Made by a program: the position numbers and the translations under genes. Under the pieces are notes generated by a model. It was not told the origin of the DNA. It ran no database searches and worked only from the letters and a program-made list of their open reading frames with translations. Positions 1-10,173 of a stretch of DNA of 64,000 nucleotides are shown here, in pieces (position 1 is the stretch's first letter; every line of letters starts with the position of its first letter). The stretch covers positions 84,945-148,944 of the forward strand of contig CACMJS010000003.1 of the NCBI GenBank assembly GCA_902614085.1, in the 5' to 3' direction. The stretch comes from an uncultured Alphaproteobacteria bacterium (GTDB lineage Bacteria; Pseudomonadota; Alphaproteobacteria; HIMB59; GCA-002718135).

Positions 1-296
1 ATCAAGGATATGTAAATAAGTTTGGTATTAAAAGAGCTCAAAAACTTCATAAAGAACTACTAAATAATTTCTTTCCTGACTATACTTTTATTTTTAAAAT
101 TAATCCAAAAGAAATAATCAAAAGATTAAAACAAAGAAAAGTTAAAAACAAATATGATAAATCTAACTTACTATTTCATCAAAAAGTAATTCAGGGATAT
201 AAAAAAATAGCAAATCCAAAAAGATATATAACTTTAGATGCTTCTTTATCTAGAGATATAATTCATAAAAATATTATTGAAAAATTAAAGTTGTAA
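1..296 (+). CDS. tmk: thymidylate kinase, C-terminal fragment (5' end lies outside the window)
   Basis: The frame is open from the window edge to TAA at 294-296. The translation (...HQKVIQGYKKIANPKRYITLDASLSRDIIHKNIIEKLKL) looks like a Tmk C-terminus. The gene sits directly upstream of holB, as in the conserved tmk-holB-metG arrangement. Confidence 0.7.
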   Translation, partial: QGYVNKFGIKRAQKLHKELLNNFFPDYTFIFKINPKEIIKRLKQRKVKNKYDKSNLLFHQKVIQGYKKIANPKRYITLDASLSRDIIHKNIIEKLKL

Positions 297-299
297 TTA

Positions 300-1283
300 A
301 TGATTGAATTAATAGGTTTTGAAAAAGAGTATAATGATCTTCTTAACAGATACGAATCAAATAATCTTCCAAATTCAATTTTAATTCATGGATTGAATGG
401 TATAGGTAAAAGAACTTTTCTTAACAAATTAGTTAAAAATATTTTAAATATAGAATTTAAAGATAATAATTTGGATCATCATTTAAATTTATTTAAAAAT
501 AATACACATCCAAATATAAAAATAATTGAAAAAGAAATTGATAGCAAAACTGGAAAAATTAAAACTAATATAACTATTGATCAAATTAGAAGATTAAAAA
601 CATTTTTAAATTCAACATCAATAATTCAAAATTCTTCAAAAATTGTTATCATTGATTCTGCTGATTATTTGAATATTAGTTCTGCAAATAGTATGCTTAA
701 GATTCTAGAAGAACCAAAAGAAAATACCTATATTTTTTTAATATCAAACCAGATTTCATTACTTCTGCCAACAATTAGATCAAGATGTTTAAAAATTAAA
801 TTTAATACTCATAATTTAACAAATTTTACTAATATAATTAAAGATAATATTGATGGAATATCTAATGAAGAAATAAATTTTTACTTTGAATTAACGTATG
901 GATCACCAGGAACCACTATTTTATATTATAATAATGATTTCTTGGATATTTTCCAATTATCAATTAAATGTCTTTTATCAAATGATCTAGATGATGATAA
1001 AATAAACTTATCTAATATTTTATCAAAACTTACTAATGATGAATTCAATAATTATTTATCAATGCTTAAATTTATTCTAATTGTTGCTAATAAGCTAAAA
1101 GTAAACAGAGATGATAAAAGCTTGATTAATATACCAAATTATTTAGATCTAGAGTCTTTATCTACAAATCTTACCAAAAAAAATCTTATTGATAGATTTG
1201 ATTATTTAACTAATAACCAAAAAGAATTATTTAGTTTAAATCTTGATAAAAAAGTATTTATATTAAATTTTTTAACTCAATAA
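300..1283 (+). CDS. holB: DNA polymerase III subunit delta'
   Basis: AAA+ clamp-loader features are present: a degenerate P-loop GLNGIGKRT, the SRC motif (TIRSRCLKIKF), and synteny between tmk and metG. Confidence 0.85.
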   Translation: MIELIGFEKEYNDLLNRYESNNLPNSILIHGLNGIGKRTFLNKLVKNILNIEFKDNNLDHHLNLFKNNTHPNIKIIEKEIDSKTGKIKTNITIDQIRRLKTFLNSTSIIQNSSKIVIIDSADYLNISSANSMLKILEEPKENTYIFLISNQISLLLPTIRSRCLKIKFNTHNLTNFTNIIKDNIDGISNEEINFYFELTYGSPGTTILYYNNDFLDIFQLSIKCLLSNDLDDDKINLSNILSKLTNDEFNNYLSMLKFILIVANKLKVNRDDKSLINIPNYLDLESLSTNLTKKNLIDRFDYLTNNQKELFSLNLDKKVFILNFLTQ

Positions 1284-1284
1284 A

Positions 1285-2805
1285 ATGAATTTTTATATAA
1301 CTACTCCAATTTACTACACTAATGATATTCCTCATATAGGTCATGCTTATACAAGTATAGCCTGCGATATTATTGCGCGATATAATAAATTATTAGGAAA
1401 TAATGTATTCTTTTTAACAGGTACAGACGAACATGGGCAAAAGGTAGAAAAAGCTGCTATTAATTCAAATTTAAAACCAAAAGAATTCGTCGATAAACTT
1501 TCAGTTAATTTTATTAATTTAATACCTTTTTTAGGATGTGAAATTGATGATTTTATAAGAACTACTGAAGAAAGACACATTAAAGCTGCACAAGAACTTT
1601 GGAAACAATTAGAAAAAAATAATCAAATATATCTTTCAAATTATGAAGGTTGGTACTCAGTTAGAGATGAAGCATTTTATTTAGAAAATGAATTAAAAAA
1701 GATTGATGGTAAATATGTTACGGATAATGGATCACCTGTAGAGTGGGTCAAGGAGGAAAGTTATTTTTTTAAACTTTCAGAATGGCAGAATAAGTTAATC
1801 GATTATTATGAAAAAAATCCAGAATCAATCTTACCAAAAACAAGATATAATGAAGTATTAAGTTTTATTAAAGGTGGATTAAAAGATCTTTCTATCTCAA
1901 GAACAACTTTTAACTGGGGAGTTCCCGTACCCAATAATTCGAAGCATGTTATGTATGTTTGGATTGATGCATTATGTAACTACTTAACTGCAATTGGTTA
2001 TCCAGATATAAATAATAAAAATTATAAACAATTTTGGCCTGCAACACACATTGTGGGGAAAGACATATTAAGATTTCATGCAGTGTATTGGCCAGCTTTC
2101 TTAATGGCTGCAGGCATCGAACCTCCTAAAAGAATATTTGCTCACGGATGGTGGACAAATGAAGGACAAAAAATTTCTAAATCACTTGGCAATGTTATTG
2201 ATCCTTATGAAATAATTGATGAGTATGGTTTGGATCAAATAAGATTTTTTTTATTTAGAGAAGTACCCTTCGGAAATGATGGAGATTTTTCAAAAAAAGC
2301 TATCGCAAATAGAATTAATGCTGATTTATCAAATAATTTTGGTAACTTAGTTCAAAGGATTTCATCATTTGCTGTGAAAAATAATGATTCTATACTAAAG
2401 CCAGCAGAAAATTTAACTAAAGAAGATCAGGATTTAATTAATATTCTTCAGAATAAATTTGATGAATATTGTAAATTTATGAATAATCAACAAATTGATA
2501 GAGCAATTAAGTCTGTCTTGGAGTTAATATCTGCCGGTAATGCATATGTTGACACTCAAGCACCATGGACACTGAAAAAAACAAATAAAATTAGAATGGA
2601 AGAAGTTTTATATATTGTCACAAATATAATTATTAAATCAGCTATTATGTTCTATCCAATAATCCCAACTAGTTCTAAGAAAATTCTTAGTATTTTTAAC
2701 TATAATATCGACAATAATAAATTTAACAGTTTCACTAAACTAATAAATCAAAATATAAAAATAAATAATCCAGAACCAATATTTCCAAGAATATTGAATG
2801 ATTGA
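1285..2805 (+). CDS. metG: methionine--tRNA ligase
   Basis: Class I aaRS HIGH motif (PHIGHAYT), KMSKS variant (KISKSLGN), and the typical MetRS N-terminus FYITTPIYYTN. Confidence 0.95.
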   Translation: MNFYITTPIYYTNDIPHIGHAYTSIACDIIARYNKLLGNNVFFLTGTDEHGQKVEKAAINSNLKPKEFVDKLSVNFINLIPFLGCEIDDFIRTTEERHIKAAQELWKQLEKNNQIYLSNYEGWYSVRDEAFYLENELKKIDGKYVTDNGSPVEWVKEESYFFKLSEWQNKLIDYYEKNPESILPKTRYNEVLSFIKGGLKDLSISRTTFNWGVPVPNNSKHVMYVWIDALCNYLTAIGYPDINNKNYKQFWPATHIVGKDILRFHAVYWPAFLMAAGIEPPKRIFAHGWWTNEGQKISKSLGNVIDPYEIIDEYGLDQIRFFLFREVPFGNDGDFSKKAIANRINADLSNNFGNLVQRISSFAVKNNDSILKPAENLTKEDQDLINILQNKFDEYCKFMNNQQIDRAIKSVLELISAGNAYVDTQAPWTLKKTNKIRMEEVLYIVTNIIIKSAIMFYPIIPTSSKKILSIFNYNIDNNKFNSFTKLINQNIKINNPEPIFPRILND

Positions 2806-3580
2806 TTCACATTGTCATTTAAATTATAAAAAATTATCAGAAAATTTTGAAAGTATCATTAATAATTCCAAAAAAAATAATATCAGCTCAATATTATCAA
2901 TTAATACCAAACCTGAAGATTTCCAGGATCATTTAAATTTAATAAAAAATTATAATTCTATTTATCTCTCATATGGACTTCATCCAAGTGATGTTCAATC
3001 AATGAATCAAATTGAATTACAAAACTTTGATCAATACTGTAATAACGAAAAAGTAATAGGAATAGGCGAAACAGGAATTGACTTGTATCATAATGATCAA
3101 TTTCTCAAAGAACAAACACAAGTATTTGAAATCCATATTGAAGCTTCAATAAAGCATTCATTACCAATTATTATTCATCAAAGAAATTCTGAAAAAGAAA
3201 TTGTAGATATTTTAAAAAATTATAAATCAAATAATTTAAAACTAATTTTTCATTGTTTCACCGGTTCAAATCAGCTATTAAATTTTTGTTTAGAGAATAA
3301 CTACTACATTTCTATTTCTGGAATAATAACGTTTAAAAATGCATCAAATTTAAGAGATATAATTAAGGATGCTCCTTTAGATTCTATACTTATAGAAACT
3401 GATAGCCCTTTTTTAGCACCTGAACCAATGAGAGGTAAAGTTAATGAGCCATCTTTTGTAAAATACACAGCTGAATATTTGGCAAAATTCTTTAATTTAC
3501 CCTTAGAAGAATTCGAAAAAATTACTGATAATAATTTTTTTAATTTGTTTACGAAAGCTAAAAGAGATAATTATCTGTAA
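2798..3580 (+). CDS. TatD-family metal-dependent hydrolase/DNase
   Basis: N-terminal IDSHCHL metal-binding motif, GETGIDLY and IETDSPFLAP motifs. Overlaps the metG stop by 8 nt. Confidence 0.85.
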   Translation: MIDSHCHLNYKKLSENFESIINNSKKNNISSILSINTKPEDFQDHLNLIKNYNSIYLSYGLHPSDVQSMNQIELQNFDQYCNNEKVIGIGETGIDLYHNDQFLKEQTQVFEIHIEASIKHSLPIIIHQRNSEKEIVDILKNYKSNNLKLIFHCFTGSNQLLNFCLENNYYISISGIITFKNASNLRDIIKDAPLDSILIETDSPFLAPEPMRGKVNEPSFVKYTAEYLAKFFNLPLEEFEKITDNNFFNLFTKAKRDNYL

Positions 3581-4332
3581 TGAAAATAACAATTTTAGGC
3601 TGTGGAGGATCTTTTGGATCACCTTTAGCATGGAATAGACATGGTAATATTGATCTTAATAATAAAAGAAATTTTAGAACAAGATCATCTGTATTAATTG
3701 AATATAAAAATACAAATATTCTAATTGATACTAGTCCAGACCTTAGACAACAACTTTATAGTGCTAAATGTACAAATATTGATGCAGTACTTTATACTCA
3801 TATTCATTCTGATCATACATCAGGTGTGCCAGATATGAGAGCAATGTCTTTAATAAATAAAAAAATTATCCCTGCATATATGCCTAAAGAAATGATTCCT
3901 GAGATGGAAACAAATTATAAATATATTTTTAAAGGAGAAAAAGATTATTTACCATTTATGGAAATTAAAGAATTAGATTCTAGTATAAATTTTCAAAATA
4001 TAAATATTGAAACATTTAAACATAATCACGGTTCAATTGATGTTCAAACATATAAGATTGGAAATTTTGCTTATTCTACAGATTTAAAAAAATTTTATAA
4101 TAAAGATATTGATAAATTAAAAAATCTAGATTTATGGATAGTTGGTTTATTAAGACAAGATACTCATCCCGCTCATGCTGGATTTGATCAAATAATGGAT
4201 TTCATTTCATATATTAAACCTAAACAAACTATTTTTACTCATATGACAGCCTTATTAGATGAAAAAGAATTAATAAAAAAGTGCCCACCAAATGTAAAAC
4301 CTGGATATGATGGAATGTTTATTGATTTATGA
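3580..4332 (+). CDS. MBL-fold metallo-hydrolase
   Basis: HxHxDH motif (YTHIHSDHTSG). The ATG overlaps the tatD stop (TAATG). This is the usual gene after tatD in alphaproteobacteria. Confidence 0.8.
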   Translation: MKITILGCGGSFGSPLAWNRHGNIDLNNKRNFRTRSSVLIEYKNTNILIDTSPDLRQQLYSAKCTNIDAVLYTHIHSDHTSGVPDMRAMSLINKKIIPAYMPKEMIPEMETNYKYIFKGEKDYLPFMEIKELDSSINFQNINIETFKHNHGSIDVQTYKIGNFAYSTDLKKFYNKDIDKLKNLDLWIVGLLRQDTHPAHAGFDQIMDFISYIKPKQTIFTHMTALLDEKELIKKCPPNVKPGYDGMFIDL

Positions 4333-5264
4333 AATCAGAATCTATTGGTTTCATAGGTGTAGGAAACGTTGGTTCAAACCTTGCAAATAATTTATTAAAA
4401 TCAAATAATAATGTTTTTGTGTATGATAAAAATAATCAATCTTATTCAAGATTAAAAAATCTAAAAAACAAACCTTGTAAAACCTTAAAAGAATTAACTG
4501 AAAAGAGCGATATTATAATAACCTGTTTACCTTCACCAAAAGCGGTAAGCAAAGTTTTAAAAACTATATTAAAATATTTAACTAAAAAACATATCTGGAT
4601 TGAGATGAGTACTACAGATAAAAACGATATGATAAGTTTATCCAAAAAAGTAACTAGTAAAGGTGGAAAAGTATTAGAATGTCCTATTACCGGAGGAGAA
4701 CATAGAGCTAAATCAGGTAATATATCTATTTTAGCTGCTGGCAAAAAATCAACTTTCAAAAAATGTTTCCCAATTTTATCTTTGCTTGGTCATAAAATTT
4801 TATATTGTGGAAAAATTGGAAATGCCTCAATATTAAAAGTGATTACAAATTATTTAGCATCATTACATTTAGTGGGTTTAGGTGAGGCTTTGAGTGTTGC
4901 AAAAAAAAATAAAATTGATTTAGGTTTAACGTATAAAGCTATAAAAATAAGCTCTGGAAATAGTTTTGTTAATGAAACTGAAACTAAGGTTATACTTGGA
5001 GGCAGTTATGATGTTGGATTTACAATGGATCTAGTCAATAAAGATATAAATCTTTTTAATAAACTTGGAAAAAATATTAAATTAGAACTGGGAAATTATC
5101 TAAGTAAAAAATTTAAACTTGGTATGAAAAATTTAGGTGAAAGATCATTTAGTACTAGTATTATTAAATTAATTGAAAAAGATGCAAAAATTAAATTAAG
5201 AGCAAAAAATTTCCCAAAACAATTAATTGATAAACAAAAAAAACAAAAAGGTGTAGAAGTATAA
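4329..5264 (+). CDS. NAD(P)-dependent beta-hydroxyacid dehydrogenase family oxidoreductase (3-hydroxyisobutyrate dehydrogenase-like)
   Basis: N-terminal Rossmann motif IGFIGVGNVGSNLA; length and central GG..RA region are typical of the 6PGDH-NAD-binding/HIBADH family. Confidence 0.7.
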   Translation: MKSESIGFIGVGNVGSNLANNLLKSNNNVFVYDKNNQSYSRLKNLKNKPCKTLKELTEKSDIIITCLPSPKAVSKVLKTILKYLTKKHIWIEMSTTDKNDMISLSKKVTSKGGKVLECPITGGEHRAKSGNISILAAGKKSTFKKCFPILSLLGHKILYCGKIGNASILKVITNYLASLHLVGLGEALSVAKKNKIDLGLTYKAIKISSGNSFVNETETKVILGGSYDVGFTMDLVNKDINLFNKLGKNIKLELGNYLSKKFKLGMKNLGERSFSTSIIKLIEKDAKIKLRAKNFPKQLIDKQKKQKGVEV

Positions 5265-5265
5265 T

Positions 5266-6219
5266 ATGTCAGATAAAAAATTATTACCTGCTGATTTAGA
5301 TCCAAGAAATCCAAGTTATGCTTACAAAAATAAATATAATGAACATGTTGAGAATACTGATCAATTCAATAACTATGTAAAGTCTTCTGAAGTTAAAAAA
5401 ATTTTTTCTGGAATGTTATGGGGAGAAGGTCCGGCTTATATTCCTCATTTAGATACATTAGTCTGGAGCGATATACCAAATAACAGGATGCTAAAGTTAT
5501 CAAATGATATAGTATCTGAATATAAAAATCCCTCCAACTATTGTAATGGAAATACTATTGATAAAGAAGAGAATGTAATTTCTTGTTCACATGGAGGAAG
5601 ATGTATCTATAAAACTAATGATAATTTAGAAGTGGAAGTCTTAGTTGATAATTATAATGGTAAGAAACTTAACTCGCCAAATGACCTATTTGTTAAATCG
5701 GATGATACAATTTGGTTTACAGATCCACCTTATGGTATTCTATCAGATTATGAGGGATATCCTGGCGAGCAAGAATATGGTGGTTGTAATGTGTTTTCTT
5801 TTGATCCTAAACTAAATACTTTAAAAGTTATGATTGATGATCTTGATAGACCAAATGGAATTGCCATTTCTCCAGACGAAAAAAAATTATATGTTGCAGA
5901 TACTGGAGAAAATATCAAACATTTGTATGTTTATGATATGATTAACGGATTACCAATTAACAGAAAATTAATTTATGATTTTAAACCCTTTTTCTCTGAT
6001 GGTTTTAGATGTGATAAAGATGGTAATGTTTGGACAAGTGCAGGAAAAGCAATTAAATGTTTTAATCCTCAAAACGAATTAATTGGGCAACTTATAATCC
6101 CTGAATTAGTATCAAATTTAGAATTTGGAGGAGTTGAAGGAAATATCTTGTACATAACAGCTACAACTAGTTTATATTCAATTGAATTAAATCAACAAGG
6201 CGCCAGATTTTATGAATAA
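5266..6219 (+). CDS. SMP-30/gluconolactonase/LRE-family protein
   Basis: Motifs typical of the six-bladed propeller lactonase family: GEGPAY, NSPNDL, FTDPPYG, RPNGIA, DGFRCD. Confidence 0.75.
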   Translation: MSDKKLLPADLDPRNPSYAYKNKYNEHVENTDQFNNYVKSSEVKKIFSGMLWGEGPAYIPHLDTLVWSDIPNNRMLKLSNDIVSEYKNPSNYCNGNTIDKEENVISCSHGGRCIYKTNDNLEVEVLVDNYNGKKLNSPNDLFVKSDDTIWFTDPPYGILSDYEGYPGEQEYGGCNVFSFDPKLNTLKVMIDDLDRPNGIAISPDEKKLYVADTGENIKHLYVYDMINGLPINRKLIYDFKPFFSDGFRCDKDGNVWTSAGKAIKCFNPQNELIGQLIIPELVSNLEFGGVEGNILYITATTSLYSIELNQQGARFYE

Positions 6220-6547
6220 ACCTTTATCTTCAGGAAAATGTGAACCATGCAATGGGAACACTCCTAAATTAGATTATCAAGAAATTAGTAAATTTTTATC
6301 TGAACTTAATGAATGGTCAGTCAATGACAATCAAGAAATGATTTTCAAAAAATTTAAATTTAGTAATTTTAAAAAAGCTATATCATTTGCAAATGAAGTA
6401 GGAGAAGTAGCAGAAAAAGAAGGTCATCATCCTGATATTTCAATAGGATGGGGTTATTGTTTAGTTATGGTCCATACTCACGCAATAGAGGGATTATCAG
6501 TTAATGATTTTATATTAGCTTCCAAAATTGATTTAATTAAAAGTTAA
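6212..6547 (+). CDS. phhB: 4a-hydroxytetrahydrobiopterin (pterin-4-alpha-carbinolamine) dehydratase
   Basis: About 110 aa with the signature EGHHPD and W..V..H motifs of PCD/DCoH. Confidence 0.8.
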   Translation: MNKPLSSGKCEPCNGNTPKLDYQEISKFLSELNEWSVNDNQEMIFKKFKFSNFKKAISFANEVGEVAEKEGHHPDISIGWGYCLVMVHTHAIEGLSVNDFILASKIDLIKS

Positions 6548-6551
6548 TTTA

Positions 6552-7928
6552 ATGAAAAAAAAAATTTTTATTTGCGGTATTAGTACTGAATGTTGCTCTT
6601 ATTCAACATTAATACAAAATAAAAAAGATTTTGAAGTTTTAAGTGGAAAAAAACTTTTAAAATATATAAATTTTCCATATTCCAAACATAATAATATAAC
6701 ATTTATACCAAATAAATTTTATAGAAGTTTACCTGGCGGGCCTGTAGATAAAAAATTTTTTATAAAAACAATTAACAATATTACAAATGATTTAATAAAA
6801 TCAAAACCTATTGATGGTATTTTTCTAATCATGCATGGTGCTATGTATGTCAAAGGTATTAGTGATCCCGAAGGTTTTTTTATCAAAAAAATTCGCTCTA
6901 AAGTATCTAAAAACTGTAAAATATCATTATCTTATGATCTTCATGGGCAGATGACTGATACAATTATAAAAAATATCGATTATTTTGCAGCATATAAAAC
7001 AGCCCCACATATTGACGTTAAGCAAACTTATTCAAGGTCATTGAAAATGTTAATAGACGGAATATTAAAAAATAAAAAAAATCATATTATTTGGGAAAAA
7101 ATACCAGTTTTAGTTTCAGGCGAAATGTCATCTACAATAGTTGAGCCATGTAAAAAAATTTATAAAAATCTTAATATTTTTAATAAATTGAATGGGATTA
7201 ATGATTGTAATTTACTTATAGGATATGTTTGGGCTGATACTAAGAGGGCAACAGCTTCTGCAATTGTAAATTGTTCAGATGTTAATATCGGCAAAAGAAT
7301 TTGTAAGAAAATAGCACTAAGTTATTGGAATAATAGGTTTAATTTAGTTTATGATATGAAATCTTATAAGTTAAATAAGATTTTTCATGCAGTTAATAAA
7401 AAAAGATTTACAATTTTAGCCGATAGCGGAGACAATCCAACAGCTGGAGGAGTAGGTAATAGAATTGATGTATTAGAGCACGTATTTAAAAACAAGATAG
7501 AGAACACTCTATTTGCAGGAATTTATAATGAAGAAATTTTTAGAGAGTTAAAAAATAAAAAAAATAAAATTGTCATAAAAGATAATATCTCAAAAAAGAA
7601 AATTTCTATTTCAATTGATAAATTTTATCTAAAAAATGATAATGCGATTGTAATCTCAAATAATAATACAGTAATTTTTACTAAATACAGAAAACCCTTT
7701 CATTATCTGAGTGATTTTAGGGAATTAAATATAAATTTAAAAAAATATAAAATATTGATTGTAAAATCAGGATATCTTTCGCCAGAACTAAAAAAACTTA
7801 AAGCTGATAATTTTATGATTTTAACAGATGGATTTGTAACCCAAGATTTTAAAAGAATTAAAAATTTATTTAGGGAAAAACCAATTTATCCTTTCCAAAA
7901 AAATTTTAGATACAATATAGCTATTTAA
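6552..7928 (+). CDS. M81-family (MlrC-like) metallopeptidase
   Basis: Size and general pattern (N-terminal I.I.GI..E....S, HGAM, DLHG, YKTAPHID) resemble MlrC/DUF1485 proteins as I remember them. Confidence 0.55.
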   Translation: MKKKIFICGISTECCSYSTLIQNKKDFEVLSGKKLLKYINFPYSKHNNITFIPNKFYRSLPGGPVDKKFFIKTINNITNDLIKSKPIDGIFLIMHGAMYVKGISDPEGFFIKKIRSKVSKNCKISLSYDLHGQMTDTIIKNIDYFAAYKTAPHIDVKQTYSRSLKMLIDGILKNKKNHIIWEKIPVLVSGEMSSTIVEPCKKIYKNLNIFNKLNGINDCNLLIGYVWADTKRATASAIVNCSDVNIGKRICKKIALSYWNNRFNLVYDMKSYKLNKIFHAVNKKRFTILADSGDNPTAGGVGNRIDVLEHVFKNKIENTLFAGIYNEEIFRELKNKKNKIVIKDNISKKKISISIDKFYLKNDNAIVISNNNTVIFTKYRKPFHYLSDFRELNINLKKYKILIVKSGYLSPELKKLKADNFMILTDGFVTQDFKRIKNLFREKPIYPFQKNFRYNIAI

Positions 7929-9320
7929 TTAAGTACCACAAAAAGTTTCAAATACTTTTTCACTTTCAAGAGGCGGGGTAATATATTTTTTATTTTCTAT
8001 TTTCTCATAAGGATTTTTTAGTAATTTTTCGAATTCATATAATTGACTGTAATTATTGCTGTACACTTCATTAATTATTTCTTCAATAATATGATTCCTA
8101 GGTATAATTTGAGGATTAACATTTTTAAATTTTCTTATTTTATTATTTTTATATTTTTCTTCCCAATTTTTAAAAATCTTTTTATCAAGAGTATTATTTT
8201 CTAAATCTAAAAATGTATTTGTATAATCAAGTTTATAAATATGCATCAAATCTAAAAATTCTTTAACAATTTCTTCGTTATTATTATTATTAGTATCTAA
8301 ATTTAATTTCATAGACATCATATTTAACCAAGATTGATCAAACAATTTTTTATATTTATTTAATATATCTTCGATTTTTTTAATTGCTGCTTTTTCATTT
8401 GTATCAATTAAATGAAGAAAAGTTTCAGCAAATCTTGCTAAATTCCACAACGTTATTTTTGATTGATTTTCAAAAGAATATCTTCCCATTTTATCAATTG
8501 AGCTAAAAACTTTTTTTGGATTATATTCATCCAAATATGCTGCTGGACCATAATCTATAGTTTCACCAGATAAAGACATATTATCGGTATTCATAACACC
8601 ATGAATAAAGCCAACTCTCATCCAATCTACGACTAGATTAATTTGTAAATCACAGATTGTCTCATAAAATTTTAAATATTTATCATTATAATTTTCTATA
8701 TCAGGATAAAGTCTTGAAATTGTATAAGATATAAAGTTTTGAAATTCCTCTCTATTTTTTAAAAGACTTCCAAATTGAAAAGTTCCCACTCTAATATGCG
8801 ATTTTGCAACTCTAATTAAAACTGCGCCAGGTTCTAATCTATCACGTAATACATTTTCACCTGTAGTAATAACCGCAAGTGCTCTAGTTGATCGTATACC
8901 AAGATTATGCATAGCTTCACTCAATATATATTCCCTTATCATTGGACCTAATGCAGCTTTTCCGTCTCCATTTCTAGAGTAGGGTGTCTGTCCTGATCCT
9001 TTTAACTGTATATCTACCCTTTGTTTATCATTAGTAATATGTTCACCAATAATTACAGCTCTGCCATCACCTAAAATTGTAAAATTTCCAAATTGATGTC
9101 CAGCATAAGCCTGAGAAAAGTAATTTTTATTTAATTTATTTTTTCCCAAAAGAATATTACACTTCTCATCATCATCATATTTACTAAAATCTAAATTTAA
9201 GTCCCTTGCAAGATCACTATTAAACAAAACTAATTTTTTATTATTAAAATTTTCAGGATTAACTTTACTATAAAAAATACTAGGTAGTTTCGTATAACTA
9301 TCTTGAAAATTCCAAACCAT
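7929..9320 (-). CDS. selO: protein adenylyltransferase SelO (YdiU family)
   Basis: Diagnostic motifs YAGHQFGNFTILGDGRA, LKGSGQTPYSR and HGVMNTDNMS. Confidence 0.9.
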   Translation of the reverse strand: MVWNFQDSYTKLPSIFYSKVNPENFNNKKLVLFNSDLARDLNLDFSKYDDDEKCNILLGKNKLNKNYFSQAYAGHQFGNFTILGDGRAVIIGEHITNDKQRVDIQLKGSGQTPYSRNGDGKAALGPMIREYILSEAMHNLGIRSTRALAVITTGENVLRDRLEPGAVLIRVAKSHIRVGTFQFGSLLKNREEFQNFISYTISRLYPDIENYNDKYLKFYETICDLQINLVVDWMRVGFIHGVMNTDNMSLSGETIDYGPAAYLDEYNPKKVFSSIDKMGRYSFENQSKITLWNLARFAETFLHLIDTNEKAAIKKIEDILNKYKKLFDQSWLNMMSMKLNLDTNNNNNEEIVKEFLDLMHIYKLDYTNTFLDLENNTLDKKIFKNWEEKYKNNKIRKFKNVNPQIIPRNHIIEEIINEVYSNNYSQLYEFEKLLKNPYEKIENKKYITPPLESEKVFETFCGT

Positions 9321-9390
9321 ATTGAATAAATATATATAAATTTTTTAAATTTAACATCTACAACTTTAGTATATAAGTATTAAGTCAGTA

Positions 9391-10173
9391 ATGAATACCA
9401 TAATTGATATAGTTAATAAGTCAAAACATCCAATAGATAGCGATGAATATATACATTATTGCAATGATGAAATTAAAAAAAATTCTATACTAATATTAAA
9501 TGATTTTTTAACAAATGACTGCTTAAGTGAATTAATTACTGAAGCACATGGATTACAAGATCAAGCTTTCTATTGTTCTCAAAATCATACTATCTTACTT
9601 AATAAACAAGATAAATTAAGTGACTTGAATGATCCTTTAAATAGAGAGGTTGTTAGTGATAAAGGTTGTGTCCCTCATGATCTGTTAAATCAGCAATCAA
9701 AATTAAATATTTTATATCAATCAAATATTTTTAAAAATTTTTTAAAAGGTGTCTTAAATTTAAAAGATATTTATCCATACAGTGATACCTTATCTTCCAT
9801 AAATTATAATTATTATCAAAAATCACAACAGCTAGGATGGCATTTTGATAATGCATCATTTGCTATCACTTTAATGATACAATCATCAGATAAAGGTGGT
9901 GAATTTCAATATGTTAGTAAAGGTAGAAATTTTTCTGAAAACTATATCGATAAATCGTATATTAAAGATATTTTAGATAGAAAAATTTTACCACAAAAAG
10001 CAGATGTTGATGCCGGTACTCTTATATTATTTTATGGTAGAAATTATTTGCATCGAGTAACACCAGTGGAGTCAGAAAAACCAAGAATATTAGTAACACT
10101 AAATTATAATGAAGAGGAGGGGACGATGCTCTCAGAAAATGCAAGATTAACATTTTTTGGTAGAATTAACTAA
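9391..10173 (+). CDS. Fe(II)/2-oxoglutarate-dependent oxygenase-like protein
   Basis: HxD...H facial-triad pattern (WHFDNA ... YLHRVTPV) in a jelly-roll-sized C-terminal half. Substrate unknown. Confidence 0.5.
   Translation: MNTIIDIVNKSKHPIDSDEYIHYCNDEIKKNSILILNDFLTNDCLSELITEAHGLQDQAFYCSQNHTILLNKQDKLSDLNDPLNREVVSDKGCVPHDLLNQQSKLNILYQSNIFKNFLKGVLNLKDIYPYSDTLSSINYNYYQKSQQLGWHFDNASFAITLMIQSSDKGGEFQYVSKGRNFSENYIDKSYIKDILDRKILPQKADVDAGTLILFYGRNYLHRVTPVESEKPRILVTLNYNEEEGTMLSENARLTFFGRIN

Noticed and set aside
1347-5314. Antisense ORFs 1347-1580, 4442-4759 and 5096-5314.
   Set aside because: They are embedded in metG and the beta-hydroxyacid dehydrogenase / SMP-30 genes. The peptides are hydrophobic and low-complexity, as is typical of the reverse strand of AT-rich coding DNA.
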